Under the pieces are notes generated by a model that was not told the DNA's origin, ran no database searches, and saw only the letters and a list, made by a program, of their open reading frames with translations. From the NCBI GenBank assembly GCA_964610465.1, contig CAZSWA010000006.1:4332-68331 (forward strand): a stretch of DNA of 64,000 nt. Reading direction: 5' to 3'. The translations under genes and the position numbers were made by a program. The stretch comes from an uncultured Gammaproteobacteria bacterium. Its GTDB lineage: Bacteria > Patescibacteriota > Microgenomatia > Levybacterales > UBA12049. Of this stretch, positions 19,885 to 30,016 are shown one piece after another (positions within the stretch are counted from its first letter, which is position 1; each line of letters opens with the position of its first letter).

Positions 19885-20835
19885 ATGTCTAAGGAATTAC
19901 CTTTTTCATTGAGAACAGGAGAAGTGGCTCCTAATAAAAGCAGAATCGGGTTTGATAGCTTATTAAAACTGGATAGAGTTGCAGATGGAGAAGCAGCTAG
20001 GATTGCTCTAGCAAAGGAAGGAGTTAGTGCGATATTCAAAGAAACCTCCGGTGGAATCCCCTTGAATGAAGATCTTCTACGAATGATAGGTTCTGACTAT
20101 ATTAAGCGTTGGGAACTTATATATTGTTCTATTGCGCCTTCAATGCTGATTATTGGAGGAGAAAAACCAGAAGAAGGAAGGCTTGAACTAGATGATGCAA
20201 CTGCAACTATTTTTCTAAATCGCCATGTTCATGCTGGTACAAACAATAAAGTAGTATTTTACTCTGCTCGTTTTGCAGATATTATTCCTGATACAAAAAC
20301 CATACTGGAATTTTCTTACGGTGATCCTGATATATCGAAAAGCAGAAAAAAAGAAATTCCATTTAGTTTCCGATTAAGTCATATTGGATTTTCTGTTTCT
20401 CCTAAAGAGTTACCAGAAGATCCTTCTCAATTATTAAGTGGTAGTGGCATTTATGTTGGACATGGTATAAAAAATACTTCTAATGGTCAAACCATCTATA
20501 CTCCATGTTACGAGACATTTCCAATGGATAGAGAAATAGATATATTATTTGATAATGAATTAGACTTTTATTCTGGTTCTGTTATCACAGAACGAATGAG
20601 AAAACGAACTGGAGAGGATAAGAGAATGTTACGGACAGAATATAATGAATGGGCAAGAAAACCGGAGCATGTTATCTATTTAGGTGGAGAACGTGAAAAT
20701 TCACATGATCCAGCAGGAGCATCAGGATTCTATTCACATGCTGATGAAGAACAAGTATGGTTTGGGAGAAATATACAAGATTTACGAGAAGGTATCTCCT
20801 GGAGAGTAAGTTTACCACAATTCTTGAAAAGATAG
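19885..20835 (+). CDS. Hypothetical protein (316 aa, soluble)
   Basis: Long ORF with coding-like composition; no recognisable domain. Confidence 0.35.
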   Translation: MSKELPFSLRTGEVAPNKSRIGFDSLLKLDRVADGEAARIALAKEGVSAIFKETSGGIPLNEDLLRMIGSDYIKRWELIYCSIAPSMLIIGGEKPEEGRLELDDATATIFLNRHVHAGTNNKVVFYSARFADIIPDTKTILEFSYGDPDISKSRKKEIPFSFRLSHIGFSVSPKELPEDPSQLLSGSGIYVGHGIKNTSNGQTIYTPCYETFPMDREIDILFDNELDFYSGSVITERMRKRTGEDKRMLRTEYNEWARKPEHVIYLGGERENSHDPAGASGFYSHADEEQVWFGRNIQDLREGISWRVSLPQFLKR

Positions 20836-20954
20836 TCTCCTTGACATTTATCCTATAGCTTGATAGTATTTCTCTGTACTTTAACATGTTGCGGTAGTGC
20901 GTTCTCGTAGTGCATTGTTTAGTTTTAACAACAGATAACACAAAGGAGAAGCAG

Positions 20955-21227
20955 GTGCCAGATTCCAACGACACGGTGAGAGTCAATTTGTTCAACGATG
21001 CGGTGCGCAATTTAAAGGCACATATCGATGAACAACGTCATCAAGGCGTGCAGATGTTTGACATCCCAGTCATCTTTCTCAAGCATGCGAATTTTTTCTT
21101 CGACGAAGACAGCCCTCTGTGCAGAGAGGTACTGCTTGAGTTGAAGCAGCTTTTCCTTAAGGAAGGGTTGACCATGGATGTGGTTCCTAACAAGGACCGT
21201 TCCTTGTTGCAGCTCGTACTGAACTAG
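20955..21227 (+). CDS. Hypothetical small protein (GTG start), possibly a divergent HicB-like paralogue
   Basis: AGGAGA RBS then GTG at 20955; shares short motif AVRNLK with the downstream HicB ORF; preceded by the same leader repeat. Confidence 0.3.
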   Translation: MPDSNDTVRVNLFNDAVRNLKAHIDEQRHQGVQMFDIPVIFLKHANFFFDEDSPLCREVLLELKQLFLKEGLTMDVVPNKDRSLLQLVLN

Positions 21228-21282
21228 TACATGTAGTGCGTTGTTTAGTTGAAAAAAACCGACAGCATGAAGGAGAGAGACA

Positions 21283-21489
21283 GTGCGTAGTTATCTCGCA
21301 GTGCTATGTCTAGAAGGTGATGTCTATGTAGCTGATTGTCCTCAGCTTGGGACTGTGAGTCAAGGACTTACCATCGAGGAAGCAGTTCGTAACCTCAAAG
21401 AGGCAACAGAAGTCTTTCTTGAATGTGCTCCAACTAGAGAGTCTAGAAAGGTGGTAATAACGACATTCGAAGTTGATACCGCAACATAG
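21283..21489 (+). CDS. hicB: HicB-family (UPF0150) antitoxin-like protein
   Basis: 68 aa; YLAVLCLEGDVYVADCPQLGTVSQGLTIEEAVRNLKEATEVFLE matches HicB N-domain consensus; GTG start with AGGAGA RBS. Confidence 0.7.
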   Translation: MRSYLAVLCLEGDVYVADCPQLGTVSQGLTIEEAVRNLKEATEVFLECAPTRESRKVVITTFEVDTAT

Positions 21490-21578
21490 AATTGCAATAT
21501 TTCCGGGATGGGAAGGAGTCACAATGCTGTGACAAAATTCCATTCCATCTTTGGAAAAGAGGGAAACCTCAACAATAA

Positions 21579-21605
21579 TCCCGCAGATAACCCTGCGGGA
21601 TTTTT
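21579..21605 (+). terminator. Rho-independent terminator after the HicB cassette
   Basis: TCCCGCAG-ATAAC-CCTGCGGGA followed by TTTTT. Confidence 0.5.
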
Positions 21606-21626
21606 CATATTTGCCTATCCAATGAA

Positions 21627-21896
21627 TTATTTTGAAAAACTAAGGAACAATGTGCTATAGAGAAGCGCGTCTTCAGCACGTTTTTTGAAATCTTTTTCTT
21701 CTGACAATTTTTCTACTTTTTTTACTAATTTTTTCATTGTCTGGGATAATGATAAGAAATCCAATTGTTTTTCTCTTTTTATTACTTCCTGCAAGAATCT
21801 ATCTGCCATTTGTATTGACCCTGAATGATACCCAATAGCAACACGTTTTAAATCAAGTGCTATCGTTTGTAATAGTGCATTATTGTTCATATACAT
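21627..21896 (-). CDS. Hypothetical protein
   Basis: ORF 21627..21926; start trimmed to MNNNALL to reduce overlap with the upstream gene. Confidence 0.25.
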   Translation of the reverse strand: MYMNNNALLQTIALDLKRVAIGYHSGSIQMADRFLQEVIKREKQLDFLSLSQTMKKLVKKVEKLSEEKDFKKRAEDALLYSTLFLSFSK

Positions 21897-22224
21897 TCTG
21901 GAAAAAAAACTTAGTGAGTTTTTCATATGTATATCTTAATTTGGTATCTTGTATTTCAATACTCGTATTCTTTTGTTGTGGACGAATATTGATAAATGAG
22001 TTAAAGTCTATTTCTTTCGTTTCCAGATTAATGCCGCCACCCCATATATCTTCCTGTTTTGAGCCTTCCTGCAGAAGAATCTTTTCAGAATCAGCATGTA
22101 AATCACACCCTGCGGAACAAATTCTATTTTTCATATCGATAACTGTTTTGATATATATATAATATTTCTCTGCAAGTTTTGTAATCTCTTTTTTTGTAAA
22201 AGGAGTTGTTTTTGTAATTATCAT
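21880..22224 (-). CDS. Hypothetical protein
   Basis: 114-aa ORF; no motif recognised. Confidence 0.3.
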   Translation of the reverse strand: MIITKTTPFTKKEITKLAEKYYIYIKTVIDMKNRICSAGCDLHADSEKILLQEGSKQEDIWGGGINLETKEIDFNSFINIRPQQKNTSIEIQDTKLRYTYEKLTKFFFQNVYEQ

Positions 22225-22571
22225 TTACTTATTATAACATCTATGAAAATGTTTCTTCCACGACATTGTACCATCTTTTAAAGATGTGTAAACCTAATCG
22301 TTAGGCATCTATTCGTGTCTTCATCCACATGATTTCTGATTCAACGCCAATCAGAATCTTCAGGTCTTCCCAGTCAAAACGAACGAGAGCATATTACTAT
22401 CTCTCAGGTATAATAGCGGGACAAGGCTTGTTTTGATCGTTTCTCATATGATCTGTTTTCTTTAAGAACTGTATACACAATGAGACCAGTTTTTCTCGCA
22501 AGCGCTACTATTGCCTTCTTTTTCCCGGTTCAATAACTTAGCCTGTCAACAAATTGCTTGAACTTCTTTTT

Positions 22572-23093
22572 TTACGTCAGTTCAGAAATTATTTCCAGCG
22601 CTTTTAAATATGTTTTGTGCCTTATGTTTTTTTTTGCTTCCTTTTTGGTAACCCATTTTGTCTCATTGAATTCTGTTAAGTCCACATGTACTTTTGTTGT
22701 TTGTAACAAATACCAACTATCATAATGAGCTTTGCAAGGTTGTCCGTCATTATGAATATACATAACAGAAAATAAAAATGGTTCATCAATTTCTTTCACA
22801 TCAATTCCTAACTCTTCTTTTGCTTCCCTTTTTACAGCATCTTTCAATAATTCTCCCTTTTCAATATGTCCGCCAGGAACTACCCATTGTTTTGCTTTTT
22901 TATGATGAACAATAAAAATTTCTTTTGTTTTTGGATTAAAGGGGATAAAGAAAACGCAGCAATGATATTCTGAATTTTCATTTTTTGTGAGCTTACCACT
23001 TTTAACTAATTGAAAAAAGTCTTTATATTCTTTTTGATTGAGAAAAAGCTGAGGGGTAATAAGGTGAGAAAGTTCGCTTGTCAAATTTTGCAT
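22572..23093 (-). CDS. NUDIX hydrolase
   Basis: Nudix box GGHIEKGELLKDAVKREAKEELGI. Confidence 0.75.
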   Translation of the reverse strand: MQNLTSELSHLITPQLFLNQKEYKDFFQLVKSGKLTKNENSEYHCCVFFIPFNPKTKEIFIVHHKKAKQWVVPGGHIEKGELLKDAVKREAKEELGIDVKEIDEPFLFSVMYIHNDGQPCKAHYDSWYLLQTTKVHVDLTEFNETKWVTKKEAKKNIRHKTYLKALEIISELT

Positions 23094-23164
23094 CTTCCAA
23101 TTATATCATTTGAAGCTAAAAGAGGATATTTAACCTTATTTCGGTCACAATTATTCCTATGCAG

Positions 23165-24085
23165 TTATTTTCCTTCGTAGGCTGTTTTTAATGCAGCGAT
23201 ATCAAATTTTTTCATAGGTAAAAATGCCTGGGTTACTCTCGCAATTTGTTCCGGAGTTCCTTTTTCCATCATCTCACCCATGGCAGTAGGTACAACCTGC
23301 CAGGAAACACCAAATTTGTCCTTTAACCAACCACATTGTTCCGATTCAGGAACTGCAGAAAGCTTTTCCCAATAATAATCTATTTCTTCCTGTGTTTTAC
23401 AGGGGACAATAAAAGAGATTGCTTCATTGAAAGAGAATTTGTGTTCTTTTGCGCTATCCATTGCTCCAAACTCCATACCTTCAAGCATGAAAGCAGCATA
23501 TTTTACAGTACCTTCTTTATCCGGTTCTTCTCCTTTGCCGTACTTTTGAAGAAAGAACGTTTTTGAGTTATTTCCGCCGGAGGCGAGATCTCGCCCTGGA
23601 CGGGCGGAGAATACTGATGTATAGAAATTGACCGCTTCTTCAGTTTTTCCACATACATTCCCAACAAACATAAGCACAGGAGTTATTGCCTGTTTAAATT
23701 CATTCTTTCCTGCATAAATCACTTGCCAGGAAAGACCATATTTATCTTGTATCCAGCCATATCGCTCACTAAATGGATAACTGTCAAGCGGCATCAAAAC
23801 CTTTCCACCTTCAGAAAGTTTTTTCCATATCGCATCGACTTCTTCCTTCGTTTTAAATTTTACATGGAATGAAATAGATGGATTAAACGTAAACAAAGGA
23901 CCGGCACTAATAGCCATAAATGGTTGGCCAGCAAGTACGAATGAAACGATATCAGTGTCACCTGAAGGAGTATTGTGAATGGTTGTTACACTGGTTACTT
24001 TTGAATCCGGCAATAAAGAGGTATAAAACTCACAAGCTTCTTTTGCTTCTTTATCAAACCATAAATGCGGGGTAATCTGTCTCAT
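23165..24085 (-). CDS. VOC-family protein with two tandem PhnB-like domains
   Basis: ITPHLWFD...EA.EFY at N-terminus, repeated as ITPVLMFVG...EAVNFY in second half. Confidence 0.6.
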   Translation of the reverse strand: MRQITPHLWFDKEAKEACEFYTSLLPDSKVTSVTTIHNTPSGDTDIVSFVLAGQPFMAISAGPLFTFNPSISFHVKFKTKEEVDAIWKKLSEGGKVLMPLDSYPFSERYGWIQDKYGLSWQVIYAGKNEFKQAITPVLMFVGNVCGKTEEAVNFYTSVFSARPGRDLASGGNNSKTFFLQKYGKGEEPDKEGTVKYAAFMLEGMEFGAMDSAKEHKFSFNEAISFIVPCKTQEEIDYYWEKLSAVPESEQCGWLKDKFGVSWQVVPTAMGEMMEKGTPEQIARVTQAFLPMKKFDIAALKTAYEGK

Positions 24086-24107
24086 AAATATATCTTCTTA
24101 TATTGTA

Positions 24108-24794
24108 TCATATTTTTCTTTGTATTCTATCTTTAATAATGTCCCCATCTGAAAGAGTAATGCCTCTATCTGCAAGCTTTGCATAATCCTCTTCATGAGT
24201 CACCATAACGATTGTTAAATTTTCCGTTTTATTCAATCTCAAAAATATATCTAAAATCGTTTTTGAAGATTGAGTATCAAGATTTGCAGTGGGTTCATCA
24301 GCAAAAAGTATCTTTGGGTTATGGGTAATTGCTCTGGCAATACTTACTCTTTGTTGTTGGCCGCCAGATAATTGACTTGGTAAATTGTCCAGTTTGTCTC
24401 CAAGTTCTACACGCTCGAGTGCATGCTTTGCCAGCTCTTTTGCTTTCGCAGTTTCAATTCCCTGCATTAAAAGTGGCAGCATTACATTTTCTCTAGCAGT
24501 AAGTGTGGATAAAAGCGCATATTCCTGGAAAATAAAACCAAAATTATCCCGTCGATAGATAACACACTTCTTATCATCAAGTGTGTCTACGTCCTGTCCA
24601 TCAATTATGATACTACCTTCAGTAGGTTTATCAAGAAGACTTATGTTGTAGAGCAACGTACTTTTTCCTGCTCCTGATTTCCCTGTTATTGCGAGAAATT
24701 GCCCGGTTGGTACTTCAAAAGTTAAGTTTTTTAACGCAATGAGTTCTGTGTCTCCCATATGAAATTTTCTTACTAAATTCTTAACAGTAATCAT
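24108..24794 (-). CDS. ABC transporter ATP-binding protein (MacB/LolD-type)
   Basis: Walker A GKSGAGKST, signature LSGGQQQRVSIARA, Walker B ILFADEPT. Confidence 0.85.
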   Translation of the reverse strand: MITVKNLVRKFHMGDTELIALKNLTFEVPTGQFLAITGKSGAGKSTLLYNISLLDKPTEGSIIIDGQDVDTLDDKKCVIYRRDNFGFIFQEYALLSTLTARENVMLPLLMQGIETAKAKELAKHALERVELGDKLDNLPSQLSGGQQQRVSIARAITHNPKILFADEPTANLDTQSSKTILDIFLRLNKTENLTIVMVTHEEDYAKLADRGITLSDGDIIKDRIQRKI

Positions 24795-24795
24795 A

Positions 24796-26067
24796 TTATC
24801 TTCCTAAAATTGCATCGAGCGTATTTTGTTTTGTTACAAGCCAGGCGGGAATAAATCCTGATATGAACGCAGTTATAATAAGAGCTATTCCATTTGGGAT
24901 GACATCACCCATACCAATTGCGAGTGTTGCGTTAATACTGGCAAAGTTAATAGGATGAATATCAAAATATGGTTTCAAAAGTCCTAAAATAAAAATAGTT
25001 GAAATGGTAATTCCGGAAATTGCATAAAAAAGAGATTGAAAAATGTAAGAGAGTTCTATTGCCCGGGCTGATATTCCTATGCCTTTTAAAATTCCAATAA
25101 ACTTCCGTCTGGTAATCGCGTTCACATAAATAACGATAAAAATAGTTACTGCACTTACCATAAGCGCAATTGCACCTACTAGATTTCCAAGTTTTCCTAG
25201 AGCCTGAATAATAGTATAAATACTGCTTGGTAACGCTTCAGTTGATGTCTCAACAATAACACCCTCATTTGGTGGTAAATTTTTTATCACATAATTTTTT
25301 GCTTCATCAGCCGATGCATGTGGAAGTAATCGTATCGCAATCTCGTTAGCATTTAGATTATTATTTTTGGTCATTTCTCTAAACGAAGGTTCAGTTATAT
25401 AAATCCTCGAATCAACAAAGACACTGTTTGTGGTAAATACCCCTTTTATCGTTACTTCTTTTTGTATACCATTAATTGTTAATCTTACTCGTGAACCGAC
25501 ATCAGCAGTCTCCAAAATTTTTGATCCAACAGCAAGCGCTGCTCCTCTTACTGTTGCATATTTTTTAATTAAGTTTGAACCAATTATTACTTCATTAGCA
25601 TCTGAAGGAGAAAGATATGTCCCAGCAACCATCGCATTTGATAATTGACTCATTTTCTCTTCTGCAAGAGGATCAATTCCTGCTACAGTTCCTGATGCGG
25701 ATTCTGAAAGATCTGTTACACGAAGTTTATTCTGATAATTATATTCTAAAATTCCAGCTGTAGTTTCTCGTACCGATACTGCCTTAACTGTAGGTAAACT
25801 TTTTGCAATAGTTACAATACTTGAGGTATCTTCGATAGTGTTTTTATTTGTCGCGGGAATGATAAAAATATCACCTGAATAGTATTGTGGGTACGTGCCG
25901 ATAGCTGATTTTGCAAAACCAATCAAAATCCCACCCAGAAAAAGCATGTTAAAAAATGTGAGGCTGATTACTAAAATAATAAGCGCAACAGTCCAGGGAT
26001 TACTCCGTTTTATATCTCTTACTGCCAGGAAAAACCCAACATAAAAAGAATTGTCTTTCCATATCAT
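24796..26067 (-). CDS. ABC transporter permease, FtsX-like (MacB-type)
   Basis: N-terminal TM, large extracytoplasmic domain, C-terminal 3-TM FtsX-like bundle; 1-nt gap to ATPase gene. Confidence 0.75.
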   Translation of the reverse strand: MIWKDNSFYVGFFLAVRDIKRSNPWTVALIILVISLTFFNMLFLGGILIGFAKSAIGTYPQYYSGDIFIIPATNKNTIEDTSSIVTIAKSLPTVKAVSVRETTAGILEYNYQNKLRVTDLSESASGTVAGIDPLAEEKMSQLSNAMVAGTYLSPSDANEVIIGSNLIKKYATVRGAALAVGSKILETADVGSRVRLTINGIQKEVTIKGVFTTNSVFVDSRIYITEPSFREMTKNNNLNANEIAIRLLPHASADEAKNYVIKNLPPNEGVIVETSTEALPSSIYTIIQALGKLGNLVGAIALMVSAVTIFIVIYVNAITRRKFIGILKGIGISARAIELSYIFQSLFYAISGITISTIFILGLLKPYFDIHPINFASINATLAIGMGDVIPNGIALIITAFISGFIPAWLVTKQNTLDAILGR

Positions 26068-26076
26068 AGTATTTAC

Positions 26077-27237
26077 TCAATCTGGATTGGTAACAATAAG
26101 TGTTCCTGACGGTAACCCATTCGTTACTTCTGTTTTTGTAACACCTTTTATCCCAATTGAGATTGGAAGTAACGTATGTGATTTTGCCTGTTCAACATAG
26201 TTCATACCATTTTTCATAATAACCGCGCTATTTGGTACATCAATGACATTATCGCGTCGTAATGTTTCAATGGTAATAAGAGCGGTCATATTAGGTTTAA
26301 TTACATCTGGCAAATCATTTGCTTTGATTCGAGCTGAGTAGGTTACAATTCCTTGATTTGCTGTTCCAACTGTTGCGATATTAGTAACAACTCCTTGAAA
26401 TGTTTTATCTTTCATGGCGTCAAAAACAATTTCTGCTTTTTGTCCTACGTTTACTCGTGCGGCATAATCTTCAGAAATATCAGCGGTTATATATGGATTA
26501 CCTAAATTTGCAATCAGTAAAACCGGTTGCACTTGTGTAGTTAATGATGACGTTTGTGCAGTAGTTGGTAATGGTGCAGTTACCTGGTTTCCCGTATTTA
26601 CAAGCAGGTTTACAATTGTTCCATTAGCTGGTGCAATAACTGTCGTGCTTTGGGTTTCACTATAGAGGAGATAAGCGTTAGCAAGTGTAGCTTGATCTTG
26701 GGCAATTATGCCTTGTTGATTTTTATAGTTTGCTTCTGCGGCAAGCCAATCTGCATTCTCTTCGATATATTTTGGGTCTGCTTTGTCTGAATCGCTTGGA
26801 TTTTGTATTCCTTTATCTTTTACAAATGTTTGGTTTGCTTGAAACATAAGACTTTGTAATGTATTTAATTTTGCCGTGTCAGCATTAATAGTTGTTTTTG
26901 CCAAGAGATAATTCGCATATGCTGCATTTTGCTGATCTTGTGTTGCACTGCTTTGAACATGAAAAAGTGGATCTCCTTTTTTTACTTCCTGACCATTTTC
27001 AACATACAACTCACTAATCGTACCATTCGTGGGAGAGGTTACTTGAATTTGTGAAGCAGTAGTATATGTTCCGCTTACTTGCACTGTATCTACAAGGTCT
27101 TCCTGTTTTACCATATATGTTAATTCTGTATTTGGTTTTTGTAAAAGGATAGTTCTTGCTACAAAGAAAAGAATAATTGCAAATAAAGGTATAAAAAAAA
27201 TCTTTCTTGCTTTAATAAAAGACAGAATATGATTCAT
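26077..27237 (-). CDS. HlyD/MacA-family periplasmic adaptor (membrane fusion) protein
   Basis: N-terminal TM, lipoyl-like hairpin segments, long coiled coil, beta-barrel C-terminus; upstream gene of efflux operon. Confidence 0.7.
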   Translation of the reverse strand: MNHILSFIKARKIFFIPLFAIILFFVARTILLQKPNTELTYMVKQEDLVDTVQVSGTYTTASQIQVTSPTNGTISELYVENGQEVKKGDPLFHVQSSATQDQQNAAYANYLLAKTTINADTAKLNTLQSLMFQANQTFVKDKGIQNPSDSDKADPKYIEENADWLAAEANYKNQQGIIAQDQATLANAYLLYSETQSTTVIAPANGTIVNLLVNTGNQVTAPLPTTAQTSSLTTQVQPVLLIANLGNPYITADISEDYAARVNVGQKAEIVFDAMKDKTFQGVVTNIATVGTANQGIVTYSARIKANDLPDVIKPNMTALITIETLRRDNVIDVPNSAVIMKNGMNYVEQAKSHTLLPISIGIKGVTKTEVTNGLPSGTLIVTNPD

Positions 27238-27439
27238 AGTACTGAACTAATTCAATCATATCAAATAATTAGATTCAATGATGCAAGGAGAAGAGAGTAG
27301 TATGAAAAGTTTGAAAGTAATTCTTCTGCGTGTATAATAGGAACCTTGCCAATTTAAAACTTAACTACGCAATTTTATTGTTTTAATAATTTCTGCAGGA
27401 CTTATGCCATCTCCTCTGACAAGGTAGGAAGTTTTTATA

Positions 27440-27805
27440 TTACTCAGCAGTACCAATATACTGTTTAATTTTATCTAATAAATCTTTCATATCAAATGGT
27501 TTTGCTAAAAAATCATCCGCGCCCGCTTCTTTGGCTGAAGTTTGTATATCACGGCTTGCTGAAACCATAATAATAGGAATATGCTTAGTAAAAGGATTCT
27601 TTTTTAAATACTTACAAATTTCTCGTCCATCTTCTCCTGACATCCAGATATCAAGTAGAAGTATATCAGGATACTCTTTCTCCATCTTATAAATTGTCTG
27701 TCCATCAAGGGTTGAATCCACTTCATATCCAAACTCTTCTAAAATAAGGGTTGTCGATTCTACAATAGCTGGATCATCATCAGCGATTAATATTTTTTTT
27801 GCCAT
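27440..27805 (-). CDS. Single-domain response regulator (CheY-like receiver)
   Basis: KILIADDD...LLDIWM...MVSA receiver motifs; 121 aa. Confidence 0.8.
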   Translation of the reverse strand: MAKKILIADDDPAIVESTTLILEEFGYEVDSTLDGQTIYKMEKEYPDILLLDIWMSGEDGREICKYLKKNPFTKHIPIIMVSASRDIQTSAKEAGADDFLAKPFDMKDLLDKIKQYIGTAE

Positions 27806-27871
27806 ATACTATCCTTTCATGTCAATTTACTAGTGAAATTGTAAAACAAATTTATGAAAACTCTGAAAGAG

Positions 27872-29494
27872 TTATTCATGTTTGATTTCTTCCTCAGCTT
27901 GTTGTGATAGGCTACCTTTCTTTTTCTTACCAGCTTTTTTTAATGGTAATGTGAAGCAGAAGGTTGAGCCTTTTCCTTCTATACTTTCTACCCATATTTT
28001 TCCACTCAAACGTTTAACAATTTCGCTTGAAATATATAATCCAAGACCAAGTCCAGGATACGTCTCTTTTCCTGGTCCACTTGCTCGAAAAAAACGCTCA
28101 AATACTTTATCTTGCTTATCTTTTGGTATGCCTACTCCAAAGTCTTGAACACAAAGTTTTATGCTTTCTTTTTCTACTGATGACCATATATGTATTTCTT
28201 TTGCATAGGGAGAATATTTTATTGCATTGGAGATGAGGTTATTAAGTACCTGACTAATACGTTCATGATCTGCATAAATAGTTTTGCCTGTTTTGCCTTT
28301 TTTTATCAGTACATGCTTATCTGTTGTTCGTTGCAATTCCTCAACTACCTCATCCACTAATTCATCAAATGAGAATTGCGCACTATTAAACTGCATTTTG
28401 CCTGATTCGATCTTGGTGATATCAAGCAAATCACCAATAAGGTTAGTTAATTTATCTACCTGTGCATCAAGCTTACCAATCAGTTCTGCTGCGTTTTGAT
28501 TCCCTTCTTTGGTGAATCGATGTTTTAACAACTGCGCGAATGATTTGATACTAGTTACTGGCGTTTTTAATTCATGACTTGCAATACCTAAAAACTCATC
28601 TTTTTGACGTTCCAAATGTTTTTCTTGGGTAATATCTCTTGCTATTTTAGAAGCTCCAATAACGTGCCCATCTTTATCTTTAATGGGTGAAACGGTAAGT
28701 GATATATCAATTCTCCTTCCATCCTTTGCCGTTCGAACTGTTTGAAAGTGATCTATACGCTTTCCTTGTCTAAGAGTGGTAAGGATTTCATCTTCTTGAT
28801 ATTGAAGTTCAAGCGGTATAATAGTTCGAATAGATTTACCAATTATCTCGTGTGCTTTATATCCAAAGATTTTTTCTGCACCTTTATTCCAAGTCATGAC
28901 AATACCGTCTAGATTTTTGCTAACAATTGCAACGTCAGATGATTCAACAATTGCTGCTAGTCTAAACTGTTCTTCCTGGGCTTTTAAAAAATATCCATGG
29001 AAGGTAAAAGCAACTTGAGAACCAATAGTATCAATAAATATGCTAAGTTTTTGTGAAAGCTCATAGATTTCATCTGCTGTTAATTTTTTTACCAGCCCTG
29101 TTTCTTCTAGTTTTTTCCATATTGCTTGTTTAAGATAGATCGATCCATTAACTAACTCTTCTATAGTTAGTCCCTTCTTGAGCGCTTCTTCTGCTATTTG
29201 CTTTCCAAACTTTCTTATTTCTTGCGAAGCCTTCTGTATATCTTTTGATTCTAGTGAGTTAGCAACCTTTTGAACAACTTTTATATGTTGTCCTTTAAAC
29301 TTTTTTAAATAGTCATTACGAAGACCTTTACTAGTTAAATACATTTTATGATAATGTGTTGCTTTATCTTCTATTTCCTCAGCATTATCAAGAAGAAATT
29401 GCTTAATCTTTAAAAACTTTGGCTGCAGGATTTTATCTTGAGACTTGCTTTTATCATTTAATTTTTGCATAACAAATATACGATAAAATACCAT
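27872..29494 (-). CDS. Sensor histidine kinase with PAS domain (cytoplasmic)
   Basis: PAS segment, HisKA H-box HELKTPVTSI, HATPase_c G-boxes (DFGVGI, GLGLGL); alternative start MQKLNDK at 29470. Confidence 0.8.
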   Translation of the reverse strand: MVFYRIFVMQKLNDKSKSQDKILQPKFLKIKQFLLDNAEEIEDKATHYHKMYLTSKGLRNDYLKKFKGQHIKVVQKVANSLESKDIQKASQEIRKFGKQIAEEALKKGLTIEELVNGSIYLKQAIWKKLEETGLVKKLTADEIYELSQKLSIFIDTIGSQVAFTFHGYFLKAQEEQFRLAAIVESSDVAIVSKNLDGIVMTWNKGAEKIFGYKAHEIIGKSIRTIIPLELQYQEDEILTTLRQGKRIDHFQTVRTAKDGRRIDISLTVSPIKDKDGHVIGASKIARDITQEKHLERQKDEFLGIASHELKTPVTSIKSFAQLLKHRFTKEGNQNAAELIGKLDAQVDKLTNLIGDLLDITKIESGKMQFNSAQFSFDELVDEVVEELQRTTDKHVLIKKGKTGKTIYADHERISQVLNNLISNAIKYSPYAKEIHIWSSVEKESIKLCVQDFGVGIPKDKQDKVFERFFRASGPGKETYPGLGLGLYISSEIVKRLSGKIWVESIEGKGSTFCFTLPLKKAGKKKKGSLSQQAEEEIKHE

Positions 29495-29727
29495 TGATTA
29501 TCGAAAACAAGTTTGATTATACGAAAAACAATGTGAGAATTGTGTAAGATGGGATACTATATTATGCCAGTTAATATTGTTGAACACATTTGAATTTCTT
29601 CGTTGTAAATAATATTGCTGAGTAAATTAAGGCGCTCTAATAGATCAAACACAGATTAAAAAAACGGAGATTGGCTGCGACATTAGAATCTATTTTATGA
29701 GTATTTAAATGTATTTCCTTGTAATTG

Positions 29728-29798
29728 CTGCGGAGCAGGGACTCGAACCCCAATAAACGGATCCAGATTCCGTTGTCCTACCATTAGACGACTCCGCA
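29728..29798 (-). tRNA. tRNA-Gln (anticodon CUG)
   Basis: Hand-folded cloverleaf: U1-A72 acceptor (7 bp), D stem GTCT/GGAC, anticodon stem ACGGA/TCCGT with loop ATCTGGA, T arm TGGGG-TTCGAGT-CCCTG, discriminator G; CCA not encoded. Confidence 0.8.
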
Positions 29799-30016
29799 AT
29801 GTTAACTTTTTTAAATTGTCAAAAACTTTTCCTTGAGTTTTTTCTCCTTCGGAGTTCGTTGTAGCCGCTATATGGCTTGATTTTCAATCACCGTCCCCTT
29901 ACACGACTCCGCACTATTTACCGCTTAATTGTACTAAAATCAGGCTGAAAAAGCGAGAACAGCTATAAAATAACAACTACTTTTCAACAATTGTAATTTT
30001 TGGTATAAGTATATTT

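Noticed and set aside
29800-29915. A second complete tRNA just upstream of tRNA-Gln
   Set aside because: The sequence could not be folded into a cloverleaf: there is no T-loop GTTCRA and no anticodon arm. Only the first ~13 nt match, so it is treated as a partial duplicate.
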